Part shown: one piece after another, positions 37,576 to 46,794 of the stretch
How positions within the stretch are numbered: position 1 is the first letter of the stretch
Layout of the letters: the number at the start of each line of letters is the position of its first letter
Assembly: GCA_963708075.1 (NCBI GenBank)
Contig: OY970194.1
Location: 701,862 to 765,861 of the forward strand
From: Sedimentisphaerales bacterium
GTDB lineage: Bacteria; Planctomycetota; Phycisphaerae; Sedimentisphaerales; Anaerobacaceae
DNA: 64,000 nt
Direction: 5' to 3'
Notes under the pieces: model-generated
Database searches by the model: none
The model's input: the letters and a program-made list of their open reading frames with translations, nothing else
Told to the model about the DNA's origin: nothing
Translations under genes and position numbers: made by a program

Positions 37576-38559
37576 CTACTTGCCCGCGACGACCGGCTGT
37601 ATGGCTGCAGAGAAACGTTGCTGCCGGACAGGATCGGGAACGAATCCCGCATCCGAGATCGTCGCCCGAATCGCGTCCGCACGGCTCCTGGCCGACGGAT
37701 GCGTCTTGGCGAACCCGAGGCCTCCCGCATCGGCCAGCCGCTCGTCCATGCGCTCCAGCATGGCGATCATCGCCGTTGCCGGGTAGCCGGAACGCTGAAG
37801 AAGTCCCACCGCGGCGGCATCGGCGCTGCGCTCCTGCTTGCGAGAGTAGCCGCTGGTCGTGAGGGTCGAAACCACGTCGCCCACCGACCCCTCGAATGCC
37901 TCCGTCAGACTCGCCAACTCCTGGCCGCCCATCTGCTTGGCGGACTCTGCGGCGATAATCGTGAACGCGTCAGTCAATCGGCTCTGCTTGATCGCGCTGA
38001 GTCCATGTTTCTGCTCGACATGGCAAATCTCGTGCGCCAACACCGCCGCCAGCTCATCCTCGCTCTGGCAGCATCGCAGCATTCCGCGACTCACCAGGAT
38101 CAGCCCGCCCGGCGCGGCGAATGCGTTGATTTCGTCGGAATCGAGCAGTAGGAAATGGTAGCCGCCGAAGGTCTCGGGACGCTCGGAGAAGATGGCCAGC
38201 GACTGGCCGAGCAGATTCAGATATTCATTCGCCTGGGACCGATCCAGCGGCGGATAGCTTTGGAGCACCTGCGCCGCCACGGCGCGCCCGACGTAGTACT
38301 CCTGTTCCGGGGTCAAGTCCTGCCACGACTTTTCCACCGCCTGGGCGCCGCGTGTGATCGACTGCGCCTCATCGGAGGAGATCACGCCGGCCGCCGCCGC
38401 AATCCCGGCTCCCGCCTCAGAAACCTCCGCACAGCCGCAGAACAGCACCCCGGCCACGGACCCCAGCAGGAGGATCGTGCAAATTCCGATGTGCAACTTT
38501 CGACCGGCTGCCGGGACAGCAAATGGCAAATCGTAAATCATAAATCGTAAATCTCTCAT
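37576..38559 (-). CDS. M48 family zinc metalloprotease (HEICH), probable lipoprotein
   Basis: AVLAHEICHVEQKH. Lipobox-like LLGSVAGVLFCGC. The ATG at 38559 overlaps the upstream stop (ATGA). An alternative TTG start at 38496 would put the heptad repeat in the 5' leader. Confidence 0.75.
   Translation of the reverse strand: MRDLRFMIYDLPFAVPAAGRKLHIGICTILLLGSVAGVLFCGCAEVSEAGAGIAAAAGVISSDEAQSITRGAQAVEKSWQDLTPEQEYYVGRAVAAQVLQSYPPLDRSQANEYLNLLGQSLAIFSERPETFGGYHFLLLDSDEINAFAAPGGLILVSRGMLRCCQSEDELAAVLAHEICHVEQKHGLSAIKQSRLTDAFTIIAAESAKQMGGQELASLTEAFEGSVGDVVSTLTTSGYSRKQERSADAAAVGLLQRSGYPATAMIAMLERMDERLADAGGLGFAKTHPSARSRADAIRATISDAGFVPDPVRQQRFSAAIQPVVAGK
38528..38553 (-). repeat. Heptad repeat copy (minus strand: GATTT ACGATTT ATGATTT ACGATTT), shares a 22-mer with the 14972 locus
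   Basis: Read directly. Encodes RDLRFMIYDL if the ATG at 38559 is used. Confidence 0.85.
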
Positions 38560-39020
38560 TGGACGCCTCCCGGCAGACGGCCCTGCATCCGGAACTTCAT
38601 GATCTGGTCCGCACCGGCGTTGAACGTCGCCATCCGGTCCACCCAGGTGTAATCGAGTTTTCCCTCGCTCCTGAGCTTCTTCTCTACCTGCTCGTTGAAG
38701 CCCTTGCCCGCGAGAGCGACTTCATCGGACGAGACCCCGGTGGCTGCGTCACTGGTGCCCGCGCGCATGGCGATCGGCTTTCTGGAGAGTGCCGACTCGT
38801 GGACCCAGCCGGTCTTGCCATCCGCCGTAGTCACTGGATACCAACCCTTTTGCGGCGTCCCGGCCTGGACCACGGCGCCGTAATCCACCATGGCTACGGT
38901 ACTGCCCAGTTGTGACGGGGTCGCTCGCACCCTGCAGTTCCGCACTTGGACGCTCATCGGCCCTGCGAGTGCCGCACCAGCAGAAATCACGAGCAGCACC
39001 ACAAGAACTCGGATCTTCAT
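38556..39020 (-). CDS. Secreted SH3b-domain protein
   Basis: Signal peptide MKIRVLVVLLVISAGAALA. Bacterial SH3-like ...VRATPSQLGSTVAMVDYGAVVQ...GWYPVTTADGKTGWVH. Confidence 0.6.
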   Translation of the reverse strand: MKIRVLVVLLVISAGAALAGPMSVQVRNCRVRATPSQLGSTVAMVDYGAVVQAGTPQKGWYPVTTADGKTGWVHESALSRKPIAMRAGTSDAATGVSSDEVALAGKGFNEQVEKKLRSEGKLDYTWVDRMATFNAGADQIMKFRMQGRLPGGVQ

Positions 39021-39321
39021 GGCATCTGCCTCCCATTGAATCGTATTCCGTTGTTACTGTCTGAAGCCAACCACGTGCACCAGACACCGCCGGACACCAT
39101 AATATCTGTCGCCAGCGCGAAAGCAAGCGGTGAGATGCCGAAGCCCGGCAGGAATCCGTCAGTTCGGCCTGATCGACGACTTCTGCATTTACCGCCGCTC
39201 CACTAGGCCGTAAGGCCGATACTGGTCCTTCTTGGGACAGGTGCCGGCGGTTACCGGCTTCTGTGCCTCCGGCCTTCCCGGCACCCTGTCTACCGCCTAT
39301 GGTTCCATAATATATTCATTC

Positions 39322-39350
39322 TTGACGCAGGACCGGCAACGTAGTATACT
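39322..39350 (+). promoter_or_regulatory. Strong sigma-70-like promoter (TTGACG, 17-nt spacer, TATACT) upstream of the giant exoprotein gene
   Basis: Hexamers read directly in an AT-rich patch, about 120 nt upstream of the ATG at 39469. Confidence 0.5.
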
Positions 39351-39487
39351 AAATTACTTAGAGCCCGGGATTCGGCTTGGCAGCACCAGTTACCACACCA
39401 CGGACTTGGTAATACAGCCTTTCAGATGCAATCTTCCCGCCGGCGCGGCAGGAAGGAGGAGGAGGAACATGACCGCATTATCGATGT

Positions 39488-42400
39488 GTGCAATCGTTCT
39501 GGCTTCGCTGGGCGTTGTTCCTGGAGAGAACCAATGGGTGGGGCAGTGGCGAGGTTGTGTTCCGGGCCTGGGTGAGGACCAGCGAGCATCAAGAGGTCTA
39601 CCCCGTCTGTGCCGGTCAGTATACGGCCGAAGTGGTCATCGAAGGGGTCCTTGACGATCCCGGGGACGTGCTGGAGTACGTGACCAAAGTCGACCTCTGC
39701 TACAACAGCCGGTTGAATCTGGCTGTCGGCGACTCCGTCGAAGTGAGAGGCACCTATCATAATGGCGCCTGCCCCTTCGCATTCTGCGGCCGAGTGGAAG
39801 CATTGTCTGTGGAGAAGGTGGCCGACTGGGTGCAGCCACCGACGCCGGAGGAGCCGAACGATATCGAATCGCCTTCGGTGAGCACCGACTCCGCTGAAGC
39901 CACGGAGACTACCGTGACGTTCGTGGCGACCCTTGAGAGCGACGGCGGCCAGCCCAGCAGGGCCAGATTCGCCTACAAGACCATTGACGGTCCCTGGTGG
40001 ACAACCGAGTGGCAGGAAGGTCTGACTACCGACGCGACCTTCAGCCAGAAGGTTGCCGCGTTGGCCCCGGGCACCCGCTACTACTATTACGTCGAGGCGG
40101 AGAACTCGGCGGGCTGGAGCGGCGGACGCCAGGGGATCTTCTTCACGCTTCCGGAGACAGTTCCTCCCATTCCCCACCCGGCGGTGTGGGTGTCCGGACC
40201 CGGTCAGATCGACACCACCTCCATCGCCATGGTGGCTGATATCGAGCGTGACGTGGCGTCGCCCGAAGAGTACGCCTTCGATTTCGTCGCCAGCCCCACG
40301 GGTGGCGCCGGCGGCTCGGACTCCGTCTGGCAGTTCAGCCCGATGTACACTGACGTAGGACTGAATGCCAACCATCAGTACGGCTATCGCGTTAAAGCCA
40401 AAGACGGCCTTGGCAATGAGACCGCCTACTCCCCGGTGCGATACGAGTATACCGATATCGAGACACCCGAAGGGATCTCGTTCGGGCAGATTACGACGAC
40501 CAGCATTCAGGCCAAATCAAGCAGCGCCCTATCGGGTCTGTCCCGCGGATTGTCGGGCCTGAAGCTCGAAAACACCACGTCCGGCCATGTCTCTGCCTGG
40601 CAACAGGACAACGCGTTCTGGACGAATGACGGACTGCTGCCGAACACCCAGTATGTGTTTCGGGCACAGGCCCGCAATGGCGATGGCGACCTCACCCCGT
40701 TCAGCCGGGAGGCACACGTCTATACCCTGGCCATTGCCCCTACGGCAGCTACCTTTGCGAATGTGATGACCAACCAGATCTCCGTCTTCTGGAGCTCCAA
40801 CGGCAATCCTGCGGGCACACAATACTGGTGCCAGAATACCGTCAGTAATGCGGATTCAGGCTGGACCACCGGCATGCAGTGGCTCGATACGAGCGTGTCC
40901 CCCAATGTCAAGTACACCTACCGTGTCAAGGCTCGCAACGGGGACGGCGTGGAAACGGTATTCTCCGCCACGGCCTCGATCTACTCGGCTATCGAGTCAC
41001 CCACCGGGATTGTCCTGGGGACCATCACATCGAACAGTGTCCAGATGCAGTCAAGGAACACCCCGTCCCACCTGGATCAGGGAGAATCGGGCCTGTGGTT
41101 TGAGAACATGACCACGGGTCAGACGTCCTCCTGGCGCCGGGACAATGGTTTCTGGACGAGTGATGGGCTCCTGCCCAATCGCAGCTATGCCTTGCGGGTC
41201 CGGGCCCGCAACGGCGACACGGTGCAGACCGCTTACAGTGAGACAGTTTACGTTTATACCCGCGCCAATGTGCCGGGCTCGGCCGCCTTCACCGGGATCA
41301 CTCCCGTCAGTATCCAGGTCCAATGGGGGACCAACGGAAATCCCGCGGGCACGTTGTACCTCTGTGAAAATGTGACGGCCGGCATGAATTCCGGCTGGAC
41401 GACGGATCCCGCTTGGCACAACACCGGGTTGACGCCCAACACGTCCTATACCTATCGCGTCAAGGCCCGTAATGGCGATGGTGTGGAGACTACCTGGACA
41501 AACCTGGGCATACAGTCCACGGAGTACCGCTCCTTAACGATCAGTGCCCCTGTGGGGGGCACGGTGGGCTCACCCGGGCAGGGTGTCTTCCGGTTCGCGC
41601 CCGGCGCAACGGTCAATCTCGTCGCTACACCGGTCGGTGGATACCACTTCCTGCGTTGGACCGGAAGCGCCGTGGATGCCGGGCGAGTCGCGGACCCCAA
41701 CGCGGCACAGACTACCGTCCTGGCTGATGCTCATTACACGCTTACGGCCAACTTCCTGCGCACACGGATCTACGTGGATAAGCGGGCGACCGGCACCAAG
41801 AGTGGCTCGAGCTGGAAGAACGCATTTGTGTCCCTCCAGGATGCTCTGGATGCTGCCCAGGTGGGAAATGAGATTCGGATTGCCCAGGGCATGTACAAGC
41901 CTGACGTTGGGACAAATGTGCTTGCGGAGGATCGCATTGCCTCCTTTGAGCTCAAGAGCGGCATCGCTCTCAAGGGCGGCTACGCGGGTATAGTGTACAC
42001 GGATCCGAACGCCCGAGACATCGCTGCCTATGAGACGATTCTGAGCGGCGACCTGAAGGGTAACGACAGGGCGGTGTCGGAATCGTACGATCTCTACAGC
42101 GATATCACGCGAATCGACAACAGCTTCCACGTGGTGGTCGCCTACGACGTGGACAACACGACCGTGCTCGAAGGCGTCACCATCACGGGGGGCAACGGGA
42201 TCGACGGGGCGGGCATCTGTCTGATCCGCAGTGATCCGACTATCTCTCAATGCGTCATCGTCGCCAATCGCGCGGGCCAGCTCTCCGGCGATGGTCTGGA
42301 GGGCTGGGGCGAGGGGGCCGGAGTCTCCTGTTACCAGTCTATGCCTGTGTTTTCCAAGTGTCTGTTCCAAAAGAACTGGGCCGGTGGGCAGGGGGCAGGC

Positions 42401-43303
42401 GTGTTCAGCGTAGAAAGCGCCCCCATTCTGACCGGCTGCACATTCCAGGGCAATGAAGCGGGCCTCCAGGGCGGTGGCATGTACGGCGAGGACAGCAACT
42501 CCGTGTGGGTCAATTGCACATTCCACGGCAACTGGTCCGGAGACGGAGGAGCCATTTGTACCACCGAAACCAGCGATTCTCGCATGACCGGTTGCCGCTT
42601 CCTCGGCAACGCGGGACGAGGCTTGGGCGGAGCCGTCTTTGATGCGGGCCGGAGTCTGGAGATCACCAACAGTGTCTTCAGCGGGAACCTGGCAACCATT
42701 GACGGCGGGGCCGTGGGCCTGGCACAGGGTGTCGGCGTGTTGACCAACTGCACGTTCAATCGCAACATCTCGGAAGGCAAGAGAACGGGACAAGCTCTGA
42801 CCGTGCGCAATGCCGCGGCCTTGCTGACCAACTGCATCCTCTGGGATCACGTGGACGCCACTCAGGGACAGATCGCCCTGGCAGGCACAGCCGGGAAGAT
42901 TACCGAGCTGGTTGTGTCCTACTGCGACGTGATGGCAGGTGAGACCGGGGTCATACGCAACGGAGCGGGGACGATCACGTGGGGCAAGAAGAATATCGAT
43001 GCCGACCCGCAATTCCGGAACCCGCTGGGCGCCGATCGTGTCGCGGGCACGGCGGATGACGATCTGCACGTACGGCCCGGGTCGCCCTGCGTTGATGCGG
43101 GCGACAACACAGCAGTGCCTGCCGACGCCGATGACCTGAACTCGAACGGCAATCGCCTCGAACGCGTGCCCTTCGACCTGGACGGTCAGCCTCGCTTTGT
43201 GAACCGTGCCGACACGCAGGATACCGGCGTGGCGGATGCTCCTCTCTACCCATCCGTCGTGGATCTTGGAGCGTATGAGTTGAGCACCACAGCAACCCCA
43301 TGA
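39488..43303 (+). CDS. Giant exoprotein: multiple Fn3-like domains, an InlB-B-repeat-like domain and right-handed beta-helix (PbH1) repeats; the 5' end is uncertain
   Basis: 1271-aa ORF. Repeated ...Y.YRVKARNGDGVET... Fn3 modules. ...GGYHFLRWTG.... The beta-helix repeats read GGA(I/V)...N(C/S)(T/I)F.GN. A better RBS plus ATG at 39469 lies in another frame. Confidence 0.75.
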   Translation: MQSFWLRWALFLERTNGWGSGEVVFRAWVRTSEHQEVYPVCAGQYTAEVVIEGVLDDPGDVLEYVTKVDLCYNSRLNLAVGDSVEVRGTYHNGACPFAFCGRVEALSVEKVADWVQPPTPEEPNDIESPSVSTDSAEATETTVTFVATLESDGGQPSRARFAYKTIDGPWWTTEWQEGLTTDATFSQKVAALAPGTRYYYYVEAENSAGWSGGRQGIFFTLPETVPPIPHPAVWVSGPGQIDTTSIAMVADIERDVASPEEYAFDFVASPTGGAGGSDSVWQFSPMYTDVGLNANHQYGYRVKAKDGLGNETAYSPVRYEYTDIETPEGISFGQITTTSIQAKSSSALSGLSRGLSGLKLENTTSGHVSAWQQDNAFWTNDGLLPNTQYVFRAQARNGDGDLTPFSREAHVYTLAIAPTAATFANVMTNQISVFWSSNGNPAGTQYWCQNTVSNADSGWTTGMQWLDTSVSPNVKYTYRVKARNGDGVETVFSATASIYSAIESPTGIVLGTITSNSVQMQSRNTPSHLDQGESGLWFENMTTGQTSSWRRDNGFWTSDGLLPNRSYALRVRARNGDTVQTAYSETVYVYTRANVPGSAAFTGITPVSIQVQWGTNGNPAGTLYLCENVTAGMNSGWTTDPAWHNTGLTPNTSYTYRVKARNGDGVETTWTNLGIQSTEYRSLTISAPVGGTVGSPGQGVFRFAPGATVNLVATPVGGYHFLRWTGSAVDAGRVADPNAAQTTVLADAHYTLTANFLRTRIYVDKRATGTKSGSSWKNAFVSLQDALDAAQVGNEIRIAQGMYKPDVGTNVLAEDRIASFELKSGIALKGGYAGIVYTDPNARDIAAYETILSGDLKGNDRAVSESYDLYSDITRIDNSFHVVVAYDVDNTTVLEGVTITGGNGIDGAGICLIRSDPTISQCVIVANRAGQLSGDGLEGWGEGAGVSCYQSMPVFSKCLFQKNWAGGQGAGVFSVESAPILTGCTFQGNEAGLQGGGMYGEDSNSVWVNCTFHGNWSGDGGAICTTETSDSRMTGCRFLGNAGRGLGGAVFDAGRSLEITNSVFSGNLATIDGGAVGLAQGVGVLTNCTFNRNISEGKRTGQALTVRNAAALLTNCILWDHVDATQGQIALAGTAGKITELVVSYCDVMAGETGVIRNGAGTITWGKKNIDADPQFRNPLGADRVAGTADDDLHVRPGSPCVDAGDNTAVPADADDLNSNGNRLERVPFDLDGQPRFVNRADTQDTGVADAPLYPSVVDLGAYELSTTATP

Positions 43304-43700
43304 TACCGGGCATGTGACGCCCGGCCTGGATGGCCGGTATCAGTCCCGGCCATCGCCGGCCGGCATGCTACTGAGCGGAAAAAACGAAGATTTCTGCAGA
43401 TTCTCATCTGTGGGAAGACGCTGCTATTGGTCGCCCTTCCTCCTGCACGAAAGGTGTCTGGTCACGCTGTTTGTTCTGTTCGGGGTTCTCATATGTGAGA
43501 GACTTTGGCCGGTCTACGGGCTTGCCTTGCTCTGCGAGAGGCGGCATTCCTTGAACGGTCCGCCGTGATTCGATAGTATGAAAGATCCAGGGTGGGGCAT
43601 GAGATGGTGACCGCGCAAGAGGCGGTCCGATTTGCATAATGGATGGAGACTCGTGTCGGTGACTTTCACGAGTCCCCATCATGCGACCGTGGAAGCATGA

Positions 43701-45059
43701 ATGAGCACGCAGCGACCCACTGAGGGGAACGATCTGAGGCAGCGCACCTTCTGGCTGATCCGGCTTCGGTGGCTTGCCGCCGCCGCCGTGGCACTCGGCA
43801 CGTTTGTGTGTGCTCGCATCTTTCACATGCCGGTGCAGGAAACGCTGCTGTACACAATCTCCGCATTGCTTTTTCTCTACAATGCCGCCATTCTTACCCT
43901 TTTGAGGCGTTTTGGTGACGCGGAGCACGGCGGGCGGGAGGTGAAATGGGTGATCGACTTCCAGATCTCCACGGATCTCGTCATCCTTACGCTCCTGCTG
44001 CACTCTTCGGGTGGCCCGGAGAATCCGCTCGTATTCTTCTTCATCTTTCACATGATCATTGCGAGCGTCCTTCTGTCGGTGTGGGAGAGCTACTTGCAGG
44101 CGACCCTGGCCGTGCTGCTTTTCGGTCTCCTGCTGCTGTCCGAATCTACCGGGCTCGTCTCTCACCATTGCCTGAAGGGATTCATCAAGCATTGCCGCTA
44201 CGAGGAGGGAGCCTATCTCGGGGCCATGTTTGTCGCTTTTGCGATCACCATCTACCTAGTCGTGTACATGGCGAGTTATGTCGCCGTGAGACTCAAACGG
44301 GCGGAAGAGGCGCAGAAGATCGCAAACGAACGGCTTCGCGAAAAGGATCGCATCAAGGATGAGTACGTTGCGCACCTGACACATGATATCAAAGGCCACC
44401 TCGCGGCCATACAGAGTTGTCTCAGTGTCGCAGTCACGGATTCGCTCTCGCCCCCGGCCGCCGAGTTTGTTCACCGGGCGTACGGCCGGACACAGAAACT
44501 GACCGGCTTTGTTCGCATGCTCCTGAGATTGACGCGGTTGAAGCTCGACGGGAGGCTGGAGATGGAGGCTTTCTCCGTGCCTGAGGCTGTTCGAGAAGCC
44601 ACCGAGGCGGTTCGGCCCACAATGGAGCAGAAGTTCCTGCGTCTCGAATGCTCGCTCATCCCGGAGGCGACTGCCTCCGGGCACGCGGGCTCCTTCAAAG
44701 AAGCCATCGCTAACCTGCTGCTCAATGCCATCCGGTATACCCCCGAGCACGGCACCGTCTCCGTGCGGGTGGACGTGCAGGCGGAGTCCGTTGTTGTGGA
44801 AATCACCGATACGGGGATAGGAATCCCGCAAGACGAGCAACCTCATATTTTCGAGGAGTTTTACCGGGCGAGCAATGCCAGGCAGATGGAACACGAGGGT
44901 GACGGCCTGGGATTATCCCTGGTGAAACGTGTCGTCGATCTGCACGGGGGAACGATCAATTTCTGCAGCCAGCCCGGCTGCGGCACGACCTTTCACATCA
45001 TGCTCCCGGTCGTGGCGGAAAAGAGCATTCCAGAAGCGGTCGGAACCGCTGTCTCTTGA
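43701..45059 (+). CDS. Membrane sensor histidine kinase (HisKA plus HATPase_c); no adjacent response regulator
   Basis: H-box EYVAHLTHDIKGHL; N/G boxes LLLNAIRYTP and DTGIGIP...GDGLGLSLV; about 5-6 N-terminal TM segments. Confidence 0.8.
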   Translation: MSTQRPTEGNDLRQRTFWLIRLRWLAAAAVALGTFVCARIFHMPVQETLLYTISALLFLYNAAILTLLRRFGDAEHGGREVKWVIDFQISTDLVILTLLLHSSGGPENPLVFFFIFHMIIASVLLSVWESYLQATLAVLLFGLLLLSESTGLVSHHCLKGFIKHCRYEEGAYLGAMFVAFAITIYLVVYMASYVAVRLKRAEEAQKIANERLREKDRIKDEYVAHLTHDIKGHLAAIQSCLSVAVTDSLSPPAAEFVHRAYGRTQKLTGFVRMLLRLTRLKLDGRLEMEAFSVPEAVREATEAVRPTMEQKFLRLECSLIPEATASGHAGSFKEAIANLLLNAIRYTPEHGTVSVRVDVQAESVVVEITDTGIGIPQDEQPHIFEEFYRASNARQMEHEGDGLGLSLVKRVVDLHGGTINFCSQPGCGTTFHIMLPVVAEKSIPEAVGTAVS

Positions 45060-45143
45060 TTCGCCGTGTGAGCCAGGTGCTTTGCTTCGCTCAGCATGAC
45101 AAACAGAGGGCTGTTCGACCACGAAACGTAGTCGCACACGGCC

Positions 45144-45725
45144 GTGTTTCAAGCATCGAATGGCGTGGCATTCTCCGGGGCGATAGCCTATAATGCGCCG
45201 GCAGTGTTCGGTCTGATATTGTCTGGTTCATGCTGGAGGCCCGTCGTGATTGGTCCATTGTCCGGTGAGTGGTGGTTTCTTGTGGTCCTGGGTCTTTGCG
45301 CGGGTGTGGTCAGCGGCACGCTGGGACTGGGCAGCGGGATCGTGGTCATTCCGGCCCTTGTCCTGCTCGGCGGGTTCGAACAGAAATCCGCGCAAGGTAC
45401 GGCTTTGGCGGTGATGGTGCCGATGGCCCTTGTTGGAGCGATTCGGTACTGGAGAAACCCGCAGGTTGAGCTCAGCGGCATCGTGATTCTGCTGCTGGTG
45501 TTGGGAGCTGTGGCCGGTACGCTGGCAGGAACGGAATTGGCCGGCCGATTGCCTGCCGGCACTCTACGAAAGATTTTTGCCCTGGTTTTGATGATCGTAG
45601 CGATAAGGATGTTCACCGCCTCACCGCGGCCCGTGAACATGCATCAGGAGGAAGGTCCGACCAACCAGTCGAGTCCGGAAGCGGCTGAACGTGGAGGTAT
45701 CAATGACTCAGCAACACAACGGTAA
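45144..45725 (+). CDS. Short TauE/SafE-family (sulfite-exporter-like) membrane protein; start uncertain
   Basis: GVVSGTLGLGSGIVVIPALVLLGG...SAQGTALAVMVPMALVGAIRYW is typical of TauE repeats. Only about 4 TM segments. Confidence 0.55.
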   Translation: MFQASNGVAFSGAIAYNAPAVFGLILSGSCWRPVVIGPLSGEWWFLVVLGLCAGVVSGTLGLGSGIVVIPALVLLGGFEQKSAQGTALAVMVPMALVGAIRYWRNPQVELSGIVILLLVLGAVAGTLAGTELAGRLPAGTLRKIFALVLMIVAIRMFTASPRPVNMHQEEGPTNQSSPEAAERGGINDSATQR

Positions 45726-46461
45726 CGGACTTGTGCGAATTTTCAGTGCCCGGGCATGTGCGGCGCCGCTGGAAAAGGCCGCCAAGCTCTTCGAGCAACA
45801 GACCGGCATCACAGTGGAGATCAGCGTGTGCAGCCGTCACTGTGCCAAACCCGTGGCTGAAGAGGCGACGGGCGAGACCGGTGGCGACGATTTCCTCCTT
45901 GAGATCGCCGATGGAGGCATTCACGATCTGGCCATAGGCGGCGCGGAATACCTCCTCGACGATGGTGAGGTTAGAGGGATCGTGCAGAGGCGCAAACGCA
46001 GGACCATCGGTTATCGCACATCGGCAATCCTCGTGCCTGCCGGCAATCCGAAGAATATCCGTTCCGTGCAGGACATGGCCCGGCCCGGCGTGCGGATCGC
46101 CGTTTCCGTGATCGATTGCCTCAAAGGGCTGTGGGAGGATGTCTGTGGCCGGCTGGGACTCGTTGAGCCGATCCGCAACAACATATGCTATTATGCGAAC
46201 GGCTGCGTCGCCATTGTGGAGGCAGTGGCCACGAAGCAGGTGGATGCGGCGTTCGGCTGGACATCCTTCCGCCATCTGGAGTCCGACCGGATCGAGGTCA
46301 TCGAGATGCCGAAAGATCAGCAGGTGGCGAGGGGGACGTGCGTGGGGATGCTGTCCTTTGCCCATCAACCCGCCTTGGCCGAGCGGTTCATGAATTTCCT
46401 GGCCTCGCCCGAGTCCCGGCGATTCTACAAGGAATACGGCTGGGTCGTCCCCGCTGAGTAG
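45703..46461 (+). CDS. ModA/WtpA-like periplasmic-binding-protein-fold protein lacking a signal peptide, Cys-rich
   Basis: VRIFSARACAAPLEKAAKLFEQQTGITVEIS...ILVPAGNPKNIRSVQDM...VDAAFGWTS resembles molybdate/tungstate binding proteins. No hydrophobic N-terminus. Confidence 0.55.
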   Translation: MTQQHNGNGLVRIFSARACAAPLEKAAKLFEQQTGITVEISVCSRHCAKPVAEEATGETGGDDFLLEIADGGIHDLAIGGAEYLLDDGEVRGIVQRRKRRTIGYRTSAILVPAGNPKNIRSVQDMARPGVRIAVSVIDCLKGLWEDVCGRLGLVEPIRNNICYYANGCVAIVEAVATKQVDAAFGWTSFRHLESDRIEVIEMPKDQQVARGTCVGMLSFAHQPALAERFMNFLASPESRRFYKEYGWVVPAE

Positions 46462-46476
46462 ACCGCCGCACAGGCA

Positions 46477-46794
46477 TTACGAGGTAGTGAGTGCGTTCCT
46501 GGCCCACTGCAGCGCCGCCGAGGCCCGAGGAAAGCCGATCGTCGTGATCAACAGCAGGATCGCCTGGTAGACCTCCTCGTGCGTGGCCCCCGCCTGGACC
46601 GCCATCACGGCATGTCGCTGCAGGGCGGTAATCTGGTTGGCCGCCCCGGAAATGCCCACTTTGATCAGCTCCCGCGTCTTGCGGTCGAGCGGCCCGGACT
46701 CCGCACAGGCTTCACTCAGCCTCTGATGGGCCTCCCACACATCCGGGTATTCCTTGACGAAACTCTGAAAATGCTCCGGTAAGGTCTCTTTCAT
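46477..46794 (-). CDS. Carboxymuconolactone decarboxylase (AhpD-like) family protein
   Basis: ...LDRKTRELIKVGISGAANQITALQRHAVMAVQAGATHEEVYQAI.... ATGA overlap with the upstream gene. Confidence 0.7.
   Translation of the reverse strand: MKETLPEHFQSFVKEYPDVWEAHQRLSEACAESGPLDRKTRELIKVGISGAANQITALQRHAVMAVQAGATHEEVYQAILLLITTIGFPRASAALQWARNALTTS

Noticed and set aside
43314-43568. 84-aa ORF with a hydrophobic stretch in the spacer before the histidine kinase
   Set aside because: GTG start without an RBS, atypical composition and no recognisable family. It is more likely non-coding leader or terminator sequence (a GC-rich hairpin lies at 43302-43341).
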